Positions 39,289 to 50,081 of a stretch of 64,000 nucleotides of DNA are shown one piece after another. Origin of the DNA: a bacterium (GTDB lineage Bacteria; JAHJDO01); NCBI GenBank assembly GCA_043824255.1, contig JBDRTG010000047.1, positions 1-64,000 of the forward strand. The letters are read 5' to 3'. A model generated the notes under the pieces. It was given only the letters and a program-made list of their open reading frames with translations, was not told where the DNA came from and did no database searches. The position numbers and the translations under genes are program-made. Position 1 is the first letter of the stretch, and every line of letters starts with the position of its first letter.

Positions 39289-40869
39289 TTACTTTTTTTT
39301 AGGATTTCTTAGCCTTTCAAGATTTTTCTTGGATTTAGAATATCCATGATAAATCTTCAAGGCTTTTATCCATGACTCTCTAGCCTTTGGATAATTCTTT
39401 TGTTTGTAATATGTCAGACCTAACCTGTTATATGTATCTGCCAGATATAGGCGGGCTTTTGTATAAGAGGGATTTAAGGTCAGCGCTTTTTGAAACTGTG
39501 CAACAGCTGTATAAAAGTGCTGCTTTTCTAAATATACAGCGCCCATATTAAAATAGGCAGTAGAATAACCCGGTGCGATTTCAACCGCTTTTTTGAAATG
39601 CAGTAGGGCATTCTCGTACCTTCCATCTGTTGCATACGCATTGCCAAGATTATTATGCACTCTTGGCTCGTTTGGTCTGAATCTTAATATGTAATTATAC
39701 AGAGTAATTTCATCTTTCCAATGAAGACTCTGAAGATTAGTAAGCACTATTCCAGCAATAACTATAAATACAAGAAAAATATAAGGTACGCATTTTCTCT
39801 TTCCTTTACCTGCCTTTGGAGAAAGCAAAAGACTCGAGACAACAAGGAAGAAACCTATTGAAGGAAAGTATAACCAGTGTTCTGCTACTGTTGCATTTAA
39901 TCTAAGCGTATTTTGATATGGGATAAGCGATATTATAAACCATATTGAGCCAAAAAGAACAGGCTTTTTCTTTCTAAAAATGATGACAAAAAGAATAAAT
40001 GCAAGAGGTATAACAATTGATAGTATTCCGTATGGGCAAAAGATTGAGTGAGGGATATGGAGTTCTCTTTGATAATGAAGATTTATAGGAAACAAGATAA
40101 GTCTCAGGTACTCAGTAAAAGATCTGCTTATAACAAGTAAAAGATGAGGTATGTTCATATTTTGTTTGAATAGAAACACTCCAATCTCATTCTTTAACAG
40201 ACCCAGCCGCATTGTCCCATAGATTATAGAAGTTATAAGAAATATCAGATAATGCCGTAATTTAATCTTTGGCCTAAAACAAAATCCATATGTTCCAAGA
40301 AGTAAGATAAATACTATAGCATATGCTTTTGTAAGCAGGGCAAGTATATAGAAAGCAATAGCACAAAACATTCCCCAGAACTTGTTTTTAGGGGCATATG
40401 TTATAAACAGGAGTAATGAGCTAAGCATAAATAAGGTTACTATTGGATCAGCTCTGCCGGATATATATGTAACAGCCTCAGTATGAATTGGATGTACCAG
40501 AAAGAGAAGAGCTGTAAAAAATGCTATCTTTCCTTCTTTGAACATATAGAGGATTATTCTGTATAGCAGAATAGTGTTTAAAATATGAAGCAGAAGATTT
40601 GTCAGATGATATCCAACAGGATTCTCTTTCCATATGCTGTAATCTATCAGAAATGAAAGCGAGACAATAGGCCTGTAAAAGATTCCCCCTTCACCAGTTT
40701 TATTGTAGAGAAATGATGTAAAAATATCTCCAATATGTTTCCAGCTTTTTATATATGGATTTATGCTAATTAGACCAATATCATCCCATACAAAGCTGTT
40801 CTGAAAAGAGGTTAGATATGCGGCTATTCCTGCAAGAATGAGTATAAGAATATATTTGCGGTTATTCAT
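39289..40869 (-). CDS. TMTC-like membrane glycosyltransferase (GT-C) with C-terminal TPRs
   Basis: Motifs FVWDD, YRP, YHLTNLLLH, HPIHTEAV.YISGR and EHWLYFPS; TPR repeats at the C-terminus. Confidence 0.85.
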   Translation of the reverse strand: MNNRKYILILILAGIAAYLTSFQNSFVWDDIGLISINPYIKSWKHIGDIFTSFLYNKTGEGGIFYRPIVSLSFLIDYSIWKENPVGYHLTNLLLHILNTILLYRIILYMFKEGKIAFFTALLFLVHPIHTEAVTYISGRADPIVTLFMLSSLLLFITYAPKNKFWGMFCAIAFYILALLTKAYAIVFILLLGTYGFCFRPKIKLRHYLIFLITSIIYGTMRLGLLKNEIGVFLFKQNMNIPHLLLVISRSFTEYLRLILFPINLHYQRELHIPHSIFCPYGILSIVIPLAFILFVIIFRKKKPVLFGSIWFIISLIPYQNTLRLNATVAEHWLYFPSIGFFLVVSSLLLSPKAGKGKRKCVPYIFLVFIVIAGIVLTNLQSLHWKDEITLYNYILRFRPNEPRVHNNLGNAYATDGRYENALLHFKKAVEIAPGYSTAYFNMGAVYLEKQHFYTAVAQFQKALTLNPSYTKARLYLADTYNRLGLTYYKQKNYPKARESWIKALKIYHGYSKSKKNLERLRNPKKK

Positions 40870-40885
40870 CCAGCGCTCATTACTG

Positions 40886-41305
40886 CTAGCTCTTTAGGGA
40901 TTTGCTGTCCAGATATCCCTGGAGAATGAGCTGACTTGCAATCCTGTCAACTTTCTTCTTCTTTTTTCTGCCTTTTACATTTAAAGCCGTAAGACTTCTT
41001 TGTGCAATAACAGTTGTTAATCGCTCGTCCCAATGTTTAATCGGAATACATACTGAAGAACCTAGGGCTTTCGAAAATTTCATTACTTTTTCTGCCTGCG
41101 GACCAAGAGTGCCATTCATATTTTTAGGCATGCCAACAACAACTTCATCTATATGTAACTGATTTACTAGGTTACATATTTCTTTTATAGCTTGATCATC
41201 AGATTCTCTGTAAATATTTTCGCGTCCCTGTGCTGTTATGCCCAGCTCGTCACTTACAGACACGCCTATGTGCTTATCGCCAATATCCAATCCGAGAATT
41301 CTCAT
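40886..41305 (-). CDS. ruvX: Pre-16S rRNA nuclease / Holliday junction resolvase-like (YqgF)
   Basis: Motifs ILGLDIG.K.IGV.VSD, WDERLTT and D.IAS.LILQGYLD. Confidence 0.95.
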   Translation of the reverse strand: MRILGLDIGDKHIGVSVSDELGITAQGRENIYRESDDQAIKEICNLVNQLHIDEVVVGMPKNMNGTLGPQAEKVMKFSKALGSSVCIPIKHWDERLTTVIAQRSLTALNVKGRKKKKKVDRIASQLILQGYLDSKSLKS

Positions 41306-41326
41306 TACACAGTATATTGATTATTT

Positions 41327-42331
41327 TTATTGGTTTTGTAGAGTTTCTATCATTGCTGCTATGTTTTCTGGTTTTGCATCAGGTGGTATAGCATGTGCAG
41401 GAGCTGCAATGTAGCCTCCATCCTTTCCAATAACATCAAGTAGTTGCTTGACCTCATCTCTCACTTGATCAACAGTGCCATAAGGCAGAGTCTTTTGTGT
41501 GCTAATACCGCCATAGAAGCTTAAGCTGTTACCATATTTCTTCTTCATATCAAATACATCCATTACCTCAGGTTGAAATGGGTTAAACACATCTAACCCA
41601 CATTCTATTAAATCTGGGAATAGTTGGTCCACTTTGCCGCAAGAATGGATGAAAACAAATTTTCCCTTGGACTTTGCTAATCCATACATTTTTTTGATAC
41701 GAGGTTTGATAAATTCGCCCCAGAGCTGCGGGCCCATAATAAGATCAGTCTGCTGTCCCCAGTCGTCTCCAAACATCATTGCATCAATATTAAAAGAGCA
41801 GGCATTTTTAATAATTTCCAAATTGAAATCCAAAATCTCATCAAACAATAGATGAACAAAATCCTTATTAGTGATCATTGCCATAAGCAAATTCTCCGTG
41901 CCAGCCAAGGTCCAGGCTCTTTCAAACAAACTAAATCCAATGTCTACTACAAAGAACTCATCTTTATCCGTTTTTAGAATTTCATTGTATTTCTCATATC
42001 TTGATGGATCTTCTGGATTAGGGAAGTTATATTCATTGATATTTTCTGGAGTTACCATGCAGTTACAAACTACACCAATATCTTTATCTACGTTGCGGTT
42101 CCACTGAACTCCAAACTGGTCCTCCCAGATATTAGGCATTTTCTCCTTCCAGCTATCTTTGGGTTCAGAACTAAGCTTTGTAAGACAATTTCCCAGTTTT
42201 GATGCAAAACTAGGATCTTTATAAAACTCGCCCATCTTAGCATGCGCCTTTTTTGTAAACTCTATATTATAAGGAGTCTTATCCGGTCGTTTGTGATTTA
42301 GTGTTGCAAGAACACGTTCTCGATTATTCAT
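41327..42331 (-). CDS. Uroporphyrinogen decarboxylase-family (MtaA/CmuA-like) protein
   Basis: Motifs M..RERV, GDDWG.Q, HSCG, GG.STQ..LPYG and ENI.AM. Confidence 0.85.
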   Translation of the reverse strand: MNNRERVLATLNHKRPDKTPYNIEFTKKAHAKMGEFYKDPSFASKLGNCLTKLSSEPKDSWKEKMPNIWEDQFGVQWNRNVDKDIGVVCNCMVTPENINEYNFPNPEDPSRYEKYNEILKTDKDEFFVVDIGFSLFERAWTLAGTENLLMAMITNKDFVHLLFDEILDFNLEIIKNACSFNIDAMMFGDDWGQQTDLIMGPQLWGEFIKPRIKKMYGLAKSKGKFVFIHSCGKVDQLFPDLIECGLDVFNPFQPEVMDVFDMKKKYGNSLSFYGGISTQKTLPYGTVDQVRDEVKQLLDVIGKDGGYIAAPAHAIPPDAKPENIAAMIETLQNQ

Positions 42332-42353
42332 AGTTCGTATACTTTCTTATTAA

Positions 42354-44966
42354 TTACCTATTTTTCGTCAGAAATTTTTTAATAATTCTGTTCGTTTCTT
42401 TTAGACTTTGATCAAGCTTGGATATATCCTTACCTCCTGCCTGTGCCATGTCTGGCCTACCGCCGCCACTGCCACTTGTAATCTGCGCGACCTCTTTAAT
42501 GATCTTTCCGGCATGCAATCCTTTAGATACAAGGTCAGGAGTAACTGCTGTTACAAGGCATATTTTATTATCCTTTACAGATCCAAGCACTATTACGGCT
42601 GAGCCCATCTTTGTTTTTAATGCATCTGCAAGGCCCCTCAATGCCTCATGTCCCATATTCTTCAAAGATACAGAAACTAGTTTTACATTATCTACTGTAA
42701 TGGCTTTCTTAATGAAATCATCTATATTTGTCATTACCTGTTTGCTTTTAGATTTTTTGATCTGTTTTTCAAGCTCCTTATTATTCTTAATAATTTCTTC
42801 TATTCTTCCTGGTATTTCAGCTACAGGCACACATAGAAGACGAGAAATTTCTCTAAGAATCTTCTGCTCTTTTTTCATAATACTATATGCTGCTTCGCCA
42901 CATGCAGCCTCAATTCTTCTCACACCAGAAGCGATTGAACTATCAGAGATTATTCTAAACAATCCTATTTCTCCCGTATTTTTTGCATGCGTCCCTCCAC
43001 ATAGCTCTATGCTAAAATCTCCCATCTGGACAACCCTTACAGTTTCCCCGTATTTCTCATTGAATAAGGCAATAGCTCCAAGCTCTTTAGCTTTCTTCAT
43101 AGAGGCGCTAAAGGTTTTTACCTCAACAAGTTCCATAATTTTTTGATTCACAATTTCCTCAATACGATTAAGCTGCGCGTTATCAATAGCTTTAAAGTGA
43201 TTAAAATCAAATCGCATTCTGTCTTCCCCAACCCATGACCCAGCCTGCTGGATATGTTTGCCAAGAACCTGGCGAAGCGCATATTGAAGAAGATGCGCTG
43301 AACTGTGATGTTTTGCAATTCTCATGCGTCTGGCTATATAAATAGATGCAGTCACATTATCACCAATTTTTATTGTGCCTTTAGAAACTTTAGCTTTGTG
43401 AATAAACGTATCAGATATTTTATAAGTGTCTGATACTTGTATCTCGCAATCTTTTGTAAAAATGGAGCCTGTATCTCCAATCTGGCCTCCGGATTCAGCG
43501 TAAAAACATGTTTTATCAAGTATTAGCTCAATGTCATCCTGCTGTTTTGCTCTATCGGTTTTTTTGCCACCTTTTAGAATACATAATATCTGCGCCTTAT
43601 CAGAATACTTACTATATCCAGTAAACAAAGTGCTTGGTGAAACAACAGTAACGCTTGAAGGTAGTGGAGTTTGCGAAATACTCCGCTGTCTTTGTTTGTC
43701 CATTTCTCTATTAAAGCCTTCTACATCCACTTTAAGCCCCTGCTCTCTTGCCATTTCACAGGTAAGATCAATAGGGAAACCAAATGTATCGTATAATTTG
43801 AATGCAATCTCCCCGCTAATAAGTTTTTTCTTATCCCCTTTAGCAGGCTTAATAAGCCCATGAAAGAGATTTATTCCCTGCAAAAGTGTTTTTTGAAAAC
43901 GCTCTTCCTCGCTCTTAAGTATAAGGCTTATATGCTCTTTTTGCGTCTCCAGCTCAGGATATGCATCCTTCATAATATTTACTACAGAACCAACCAGCCT
44001 GTATAAAAACGGCTGGTTAAGCCCAAGTATATTCCCCCTTCTTGATGCTCTTCTTATAAGCCGCCTGAGCACATAGCCTCTTCCCTCGTTTGAGGGCATT
44101 ACTCCATCTGTTATTGCAAATACCAGGGTGCGTATATGATCAACAATTATCTGTATCGGAACAACATATTTATCTCTATATGGCTTTTCTGAGATTTCGG
44201 ATACAGCCTCAATAATAGGCTTAAAGAGGTCAGTATCATAATTTGAGCTTACGTTTTGTAATACTCTTGATATACGCTCAATGCCCATGCCGGTATCCAC
44301 ATGTCTGGAAGGCAGTTCTTCCAGAGATCCATCCTCTTTGCGGTTATACTGTATAAACACCAGGTTCCACAGTTCTAAGACATCGGGATTATTGGCGTTG
44401 ATTAAAGATTTATTACAGCCGTTTCTGGTTAGATCAATATGTATCTCTGAGCACGGGCCACATGGTCCGGTCTCTCCCATATCCCAGAAGTTTTCTTTTT
44501 CACCAAAGCGGAGAATATGGCTGGTATCAATATCGGTTTCAGTCTTCCAATAATTAAAGGATTCTTCATCCGTCTTATATACAGTTACCCAGAGTCTTTC
44601 TTTTGGCAGGTTCCATACTTCAGTAAGCAGCTTCCATGCCAGACTAATTGCTTCTTTCTTGAAATAATCGCCAAAGGACCAGTTACCAAGCATTTCAAAA
44701 AAGGTGTGATGATGACTGTCATGTCCAACATCTTCCAGATCATTATGTTTTCCGCTGACTCTTATGCATTTCTGAGAATCTGCTGCGCGCCTATAACTGC
44801 GTGAACCTTTCCCCAGAAATACATCCTTAAACTGGTTCATCCCTGCATTTGTAAAGAGCAGTGTCTCATCCTGAGCAGGAACCAATGAAGCACTGGGAAG
44901 AACAGTATGTTCGTTATTCTTAAAAAACTCCAAAAAGGACTTTCTAATCTGTTTACTTTGCATCAT
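42354..44966 (-). CDS. alaS: Alanine--tRNA ligase
   Basis: Motifs LLFTNAGMNQFK, FEMLGNWSFGDYFK, ELCGGTH and GGGRPDMAQAGG. Confidence 0.99.
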   Translation of the reverse strand: MMQSKQIRKSFLEFFKNNEHTVLPSASLVPAQDETLLFTNAGMNQFKDVFLGKGSRSYRRAADSQKCIRVSGKHNDLEDVGHDSHHHTFFEMLGNWSFGDYFKKEAISLAWKLLTEVWNLPKERLWVTVYKTDEESFNYWKTETDIDTSHILRFGEKENFWDMGETGPCGPCSEIHIDLTRNGCNKSLINANNPDVLELWNLVFIQYNRKEDGSLEELPSRHVDTGMGIERISRVLQNVSSNYDTDLFKPIIEAVSEISEKPYRDKYVVPIQIIVDHIRTLVFAITDGVMPSNEGRGYVLRRLIRRASRRGNILGLNQPFLYRLVGSVVNIMKDAYPELETQKEHISLILKSEEERFQKTLLQGINLFHGLIKPAKGDKKKLISGEIAFKLYDTFGFPIDLTCEMAREQGLKVDVEGFNREMDKQRQRSISQTPLPSSVTVVSPSTLFTGYSKYSDKAQILCILKGGKKTDRAKQQDDIELILDKTCFYAESGGQIGDTGSIFTKDCEIQVSDTYKISDTFIHKAKVSKGTIKIGDNVTASIYIARRMRIAKHHSSAHLLQYALRQVLGKHIQQAGSWVGEDRMRFDFNHFKAIDNAQLNRIEEIVNQKIMELVEVKTFSASMKKAKELGAIALFNEKYGETVRVVQMGDFSIELCGGTHAKNTGEIGLFRIISDSSIASGVRRIEAACGEAAYSIMKKEQKILREISRLLCVPVAEIPGRIEEIIKNNKELEKQIKKSKSKQVMTNIDDFIKKAITVDNVKLVSVSLKNMGHEALRGLADALKTKMGSAVIVLGSVKDNKICLVTAVTPDLVSKGLHAGKIIKEVAQITSGSGGGRPDMAQAGGKDISKLDQSLKETNRIIKKFLTKNR

Positions 44967-44975
44967 CTTTTCTGA

Positions 44976-45986
44976 TTAGACAGGCTTCAATCCAGTATTC
45001 TCTCTTATCTGCTTTTCAAGTTTATCTCTAACATCAGTCTTTTCTGCCAGATATCTGATTGCGCCTTCACGGCCCTGAGATATTTTCTCCTCATTATAAG
45101 AGAACCATGCTCCGGCTTTTTCAATCAATTTATGCTCAATTGCCATATCAAGGATCCCAGCTTCTTTGGAAATACCCTGATTATACATAACGTCGAATTC
45201 TGCCTGTCTGAATGGAGGAGCAACCTTATTTTTAACAACTTTTACCCTGACCCTGCTTCCTACTGCTTCTTCGCCTTTCTTAATTGTTGCTATTCTACGA
45301 ATATCCAGTCTTACAGACGCATAAAATTTAAGAGCATTTCCACCTGTAGTAGTCTCAGGACTACCAAAAAAAACTCCTATTTTGTGTCGTATTTGATTAA
45401 TGAATATAACAGACGTTTTTGATTTACTTATAACAGCAGTTAGCTTTCTCAGAGCCTGTGACATAAGCCGCGCCTGAAGCCCCATATGCGAATCTCCCAT
45501 ATCTCCTTCAATCTCTGCGCGTGGAACCATAGCAGCTACTGAATCTACAATTATTACATCTATAGCATTGCTTCTGACAAGGGTTTCTGTAATGCCCAAT
45601 GCCTGTTCCCCGCTATCAGGCTGTGAGATTAAAAGGCTGTCTAAATCAACACCCAGAACCTTGGAATACTTTGGGTCAAGAGCATGTTCTACGTCTATGA
45701 ACGCTGCCATGCCGCCAACTTTTTGTGCGTTGGCAACAATATGCAAAGCTAGCGTTGTCTTCCCTGATGACTCAGGTCCGTATATCTCCGTTATTCTCCC
45801 GCGCGGTATGCCTCCCACACCAAGCGCTGTGTCTAAAGCTATTGAACCTGTGGGTATTACATCAATATCAACAGCAGCAGATTCTTCTCCTAATCTCATT
45901 ATAGATCCTTTTCCATATGATTTTTCTATTTGAGCCATTGCATTTTCTAGTGCATCATCCTTTTGCGACAATTTTTTCTCAGTCAT
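44976..45986 (-). CDS. recA: Recombinase RecA
   Basis: Motifs [21 protein letters not shown] and [14 protein letters not shown]. Confidence 0.99.
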   Translation of the reverse strand: MTEKKLSQKDDALENAMAQIEKSYGKGSIMRLGEESAAVDIDVIPTGSIALDTALGVGGIPRGRITEIYGPESSGKTTLALHIVANAQKVGGMAAFIDVEHALDPKYSKVLGVDLDSLLISQPDSGEQALGITETLVRSNAIDVIIVDSVAAMVPRAEIEGDMGDSHMGLQARLMSQALRKLTAVISKSKTSVIFINQIRHKIGVFFGSPETTTGGNALKFYASVRLDIRRIATIKKGEEAVGSRVRVKVVKNKVAPPFRQAEFDVMYNQGISKEAGILDMAIEHKLIEKAGAWFSYNEEKISQGREGAIRYLAEKTDVRDKLEKQIRENTGLKPV

Positions 45987-46125
45987 AATTATTGTCTCCT
46001 TAAATTAAAATTTTATTTTATTCTTATTACCACATCCTAGGAAAATTAGAAAGATTTTTTATCAAGCCAAAATAGAAATGCCTGCTGAGTCAGTTGTTAT
46101 GTCAATTCTGAAGCTTTCTTCTGAT

Positions 46126-46986
46126 TCATAAGCCCAGTAGTTTTTGCGTATTTCTATATGCTATTTTCTCGTATGCGGTTTTAGAAATTTTGTTGTCCTT
46201 GCCAGCCTTTTTAAAATAAGAGATGTTAGGAACGTCCTGATTTACATGGCAGATATCTGTTCCAAAGAATAATTTGTCCTGGAACTTCTCCATGAACTGA
46301 TATCCAAACTCCCTATCACGTGTGAGTACGGTGTATCCGCTTCCCGCAGATATATCGGCATATAAGTTAAGATAGCCTGACATGAGCCGTTCAACAGCGC
46401 CTGGGCTTACCACTTTTCCGGTTGGATAACTGATGTCAGGGAACTTGTAATCAGCAGATATTTCAGCCCAGAACCGGGGACCATGACCAATGAATATTGT
46501 CTCAGGAAATTTTTTGATCATATTCTCAAATCTGGGAAGTCCCAGATCATCAAAACATGTTATATGGCAAAGATCAAAGATAATAGGCAGGTTTAATTTG
46601 CCGCATATTTCATACATTTTCTGCATGAGCGGATCATCAACATAAAGTCCGGCAAGCACTTCTCCCATGCCCTTACATCCACGATCCTTGTATTCTTTTA
46701 TCACTTCATAAAGCCTGCTCCTTCTGGGATCCACATTACAGAAAGGCATGAATTTGTCCGGATATTTCTTACACACATCCAGAACATAGTCAGTAGTTAC
46801 ATAATAGGAAGTAGCTTCCGGATTTTCAATGGGTAAGAGCACTGCTTTCTCAATGCCGGCTTCATCCATGAAATTCAGCAAGTATTCCGGCGTCAGTGCC
46901 TGATCCTCAGGCTTCATTGATTTTTCATTATACAACCTTCCGATATGCATATGAATGTCTATCATTGCGTTTTCTCCTATTGTCAT
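46126..46986 (-). CDS. Amidohydrolase_2 family protein (start may be 46965)
   Basis: Motifs IDIHMH, KGMGE, IGHGP, YADISAGSG and FGTD. Confidence 0.87.
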   Translation of the reverse strand: MTIGENAMIDIHMHIGRLYNEKSMKPEDQALTPEYLLNFMDEAGIEKAVLLPIENPEATSYYVTTDYVLDVCKKYPDKFMPFCNVDPRRSRLYEVIKEYKDRGCKGMGEVLAGLYVDDPLMQKMYEICGKLNLPIIFDLCHITCFDDLGLPRFENMIKKFPETIFIGHGPRFWAEISADYKFPDISYPTGKVVSPGAVERLMSGYLNLYADISAGSGYTVLTRDREFGYQFMEKFQDKLFFGTDICHVNQDVPNISYFKKAGKDNKISKTAYEKIAYRNTQKLLGL

Positions 46987-47549
46987 TTTAATAAAAAAGT
47001 CTTTAAGGTGTTATACTGCGCGTCTTGAGGCTTAAGCATGCTTTCCATCAGACAGATTTTTTTTGCAAACATTTCACCTAGTTTAATATTTTTTAATTCT
47101 TCAAGGGTATTTACAAGCTCATTGCGGTTTTTGCCAGAACGGACTCTTGCAATAGTAAGATGTGGTTGAAATTTACGATTTTCTTGATGCAGAGAAAACA
47201 TGGAAAGTGAATTCTCTATTTTAGTATTTAGAAGAGAAAGCTCTTCTCTGCCTTTTTCTATACCAACCCATATTATTCTTGGATATTCTGGATTTGGGAA
47301 GACACCTATCGTTTCAAAAGATACTGAGAATATCTTGAATCCCGAGATGCTCTCTTCAATTGCATTCTGAATGTCCTTTATGCTCTCAACGGGAACATTA
47401 CCCAGAAATCTCAGGGTGATATGTATGTTTTCCGGTCTCACAAGCTGTAGGACTGCACTGGATTCTTTCAGGTCATCCTGAATTTTTTCTAGCTTATTCC
47501 TAATTTTAGCTGAAATGTTGACAGCAATAAAACTCCTGATTGTTTTCAT
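46983..47549 (-). CDS. thpR: RNA 2',3'-cyclic phosphodiesterase
   Basis: Two HxT motifs (HITLRFLG, PHLTIAR) and R.FIAV at the N-terminus. Confidence 0.93.
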   Translation of the reverse strand: MKTIRSFIAVNISAKIRNKLEKIQDDLKESSAVLQLVRPENIHITLRFLGNVPVESIKDIQNAIEESISGFKIFSVSFETIGVFPNPEYPRIIWVGIEKGREELSLLNTKIENSLSMFSLHQENRKFQPHLTIARVRSGKNRNELVNTLEELKNIKLGEMFAKKICLMESMLKPQDAQYNTLKTFLLK

Positions 47550-47672
47550 ATCTTTCTAATTATAATTCATCATATCTATTTCCACAAATATAATAATGAG
47601 GACAAAAAAATCAGAGATAAGGAGTTATTAAAAGTCAAAAGCGTATGATATAATGCTTAATAAAATATATAG

Positions 47673-48299
47673 ATGAAAGATATGTTTGGCAAATCCATGG
47701 AAAAGATTATACATAAAGTATTTGTTCCTCTATTTTTAGTTTTAATGTTAGTAGGCTCTCCTCTTCTGTGTTCTGAACTGGATAATTCTTTGAATGAAGC
47801 AATTATACCAAACAGATATGACGGCTGGACTGTACACGATACTATTATTGACCTTGCTAAGAAACATAAATTTAATATATCAATTATTGATGTTCCCAAT
47901 GATGTTCTCTTTTCAAAAATTAATTACACATCTTCTTGTGGAATAAGGATAAAGGAGTTTCTGAAAGATATACTTTTACCGAAAGGATTAATATATAGAG
48001 AAAGGAAGAACTATGTTTTAATAACTGAAGCTACACATATTGAGAAGGTACTAGCTACAAAAATAAAACTAATCAATTTTAAGAGTGGAGATATTAAGAA
48101 CATACTCCTGTTCCTTTCAAAGGATTGCGGAATTAATATCACCATAGATGAAGAAGCTATCCAAAACATAAATTCTGAAGTGAATATATACTTGCAGAAT
48201 GTTAGTGTAGAGGCCTGTCTTCAAGCTATACTTTATCCTAAGGGACTCACTTATAAAGTAAAAAGAAAAGAGTACATCATTATAAAAAAGAGGGATTAA
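47673..48299 (+). CDS. Hypothetical exported protein with two STN/secretin-N-like domains
   Basis: Signal-like N-terminus; two similar modules ending L..IL.PKGL.Y...K.Y.II; very AT-rich. Confidence 0.6.
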   Translation: MKDMFGKSMEKIIHKVFVPLFLVLMLVGSPLLCSELDNSLNEAIIPNRYDGWTVHDTIIDLAKKHKFNISIIDVPNDVLFSKINYTSSCGIRIKEFLKDILLPKGLIYRERKNYVLITEATHIEKVLATKIKLINFKSGDIKNILLFLSKDCGINITIDEEAIQNINSEVNIYLQNVSVEACLQAILYPKGLTYKVKRKEYIIIKKRD

Positions 48300-49354
48300 T
48301 AGGGATCATCATTGCTTACCCAGTTCATAATAACTTTGGCGGATTGACCCGAACGCATAACTTCAAAAGCCTGTTTAAATTCGCTATAATGGAAGTGATG
48401 GGTTATTACCTGAGTAATATCCAACCCGCTCTGCAGCATTGATTGCATCATATACCATGTCTCATACATTTCCCGCCCGTAGATACCCTTGATCGTGATC
48501 ATATTAAAAATGACCGTGTCCCAGTTAATCGCAAGATCTTTTGATGGGATTCCGAGCAGTGCAATCTTGCCGCCGTGACACATGTTAGCTAACATATCCT
48601 TGAAAGCTTTTCCATTACCGGACATTTCCAGACCTACATCAAAACCTTCCTTCATCCCCAACTCTTTCTGGACATCTTTAATCTGCGGTTTATCGTTGAT
48701 ATTAAGAGCAACAGTGGCTCCCATTTTCGTTGCCAATTCCAGTCTATAGGGATTTATATCGGTAACAACTACGTGGCGCGCACCGGCATGCTTCACTATT
48801 GCCGTTGCCATCAGTCCGATTGGCCCTGCTCCGGTAATCAGCACATCTTCACCAAGCACCTTAAAAGAAAGAGCCGAATGAGTGGCGTTGCCGAAAGGAT
48901 CAAATATCGCCAAAATATCCAGCGGGATATTAGGATCCGCCTGCCAGATATTAGTAACCGGCATACATAGGTATTCAGCAAAAGCTCCAGCGCGGTTAAC
49001 TCCAACGCCACTAGTGGCATTGCAAAGATTCCTGCGCCCTGCAAGACAATTCCTGCAGCGGCCGCAGACAATATGCCCCTCGCCGGATACAATAGTCCCA
49101 ATCTCTACATCATGAACGTTTCTTCCTTTTGCAGCGACTACACCAACGAATTCATGCCCAATCGTCATCGGAACGGGAATCGTTCTCTGAGCCCACTCAT
49201 TCCAATTCCATATATGAACATCAGTGCCACAAATTGCGGTCTTATGGATTTTAATAAGAACGTCATTTATCCCTATCTTCGGAACAGAAACTTCCTCCAA
49301 CCAGAGACCTTCTTTTTTTTCTTTCTTAACGAGAGCTTTCATCATCTTTTTCAT
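48296..49354 (-). CDS. tdh: L-threonine 3-dehydrogenase
   Basis: Motifs [13 protein letters not shown], structural Zn Cys cluster, FDPFGNA.H and [13 protein letters not shown]. Confidence 0.96.
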   Translation of the reverse strand: MKKMMKALVKKEKKEGLWLEEVSVPKIGINDVLIKIHKTAICGTDVHIWNWNEWAQRTIPVPMTIGHEFVGVVAAKGRNVHDVEIGTIVSGEGHIVCGRCRNCLAGRRNLCNATSGVGVNRAGAFAEYLCMPVTNIWQADPNIPLDILAIFDPFGNATHSALSFKVLGEDVLITGAGPIGLMATAIVKHAGARHVVVTDINPYRLELATKMGATVALNINDKPQIKDVQKELGMKEGFDVGLEMSGNGKAFKDMLANMCHGGKIALLGIPSKDLAINWDTVIFNMITIKGIYGREMYETWYMMQSMLQSGLDITQVITHHFHYSEFKQAFEVMRSGQSAKVIMNWVSNDDPY

Positions 49355-50061
49355 GGCGAATGCGCCTCTGTGTACTTTTTTGATTTTTCTTCAAGAGCAA
49401 AATCTAAAGCCTTTTGCGCATGAATAATCGTCGTGTTAAAAATTTTGATGTTAACATCTTCATGCTTTATTAAAAAAGGGAGTTCCGTACATCCCATCAC
49501 TATCCCTTGAACCCCTTTTCTGTTCAACTTTTCTATAATTTCCAATATTATACAGCGAGATTCATCTCTAAGCTCATTCAGCACCAATTCCTTGTAAATA
49601 ATATTATTTATCTTCTTTTGGTCATCTGTAGAGGGAATAATTGTTTCAATACGATGTTGGCTAAGTCCTTTCTCATAAAAACCCTTGCCCATAGTAAAAA
49701 TAGTTCCCAATAACCCCACCTTATTTATATCATTCTTTTTAATTTCTTCCGCAGTAACATCAATAATACTAATCCAGGGAATAGGTATGTTCTTAGAGAC
49801 TTCTTCATAAACGATATGTATAGAATTACATGTTGCAATCACGAAATCAGCACCAGCTCTATACAGATTTTCAATAGCTGTCTTGATCTTTTCAGCAGCC
49901 TCATATCCTGCATCGATAATCTCCTGAAAACTTAAACTATAAATAATTATCTCCGGATAAGCATAATTACCATATCTTCTGTAGTACTCACAGGTAATGT
50001 ATTCATAATAAGCTATAGTTGATTCCGGACCTAGCCCACCTAAAATTCCGATTTTTTTCAT
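49351..50061 (-). CDS. Aspartate/glutamate-family amino-acid racemase
   Basis: Motifs [19 protein letters not shown] and GCTEL (two catalytic Cys). Confidence 0.9.
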   Translation of the reverse strand: MKKIGILGGLGPESTIAYYEYITCEYYRRYGNYAYPEIIIYSLSFQEIIDAGYEAAEKIKTAIENLYRAGADFVIATCNSIHIVYEEVSKNIPIPWISIIDVTAEEIKKNDINKVGLLGTIFTMGKGFYEKGLSQHRIETIIPSTDDQKKINNIIYKELVLNELRDESRCIILEIIEKLNRKGVQGIVMGCTELPFLIKHEDVNIKIFNTTIIHAQKALDFALEEKSKKYTEAHSP

Positions 50062-50081
50062 GGCGTTAGACTTCTCACTTG

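Noticed and set aside
50062..50072. GGCGTTAGAC resembling an attC R' box
   Set aside because: No matching R''/L boxes lie upstream; the upstream sequence is racemase coding sequence.
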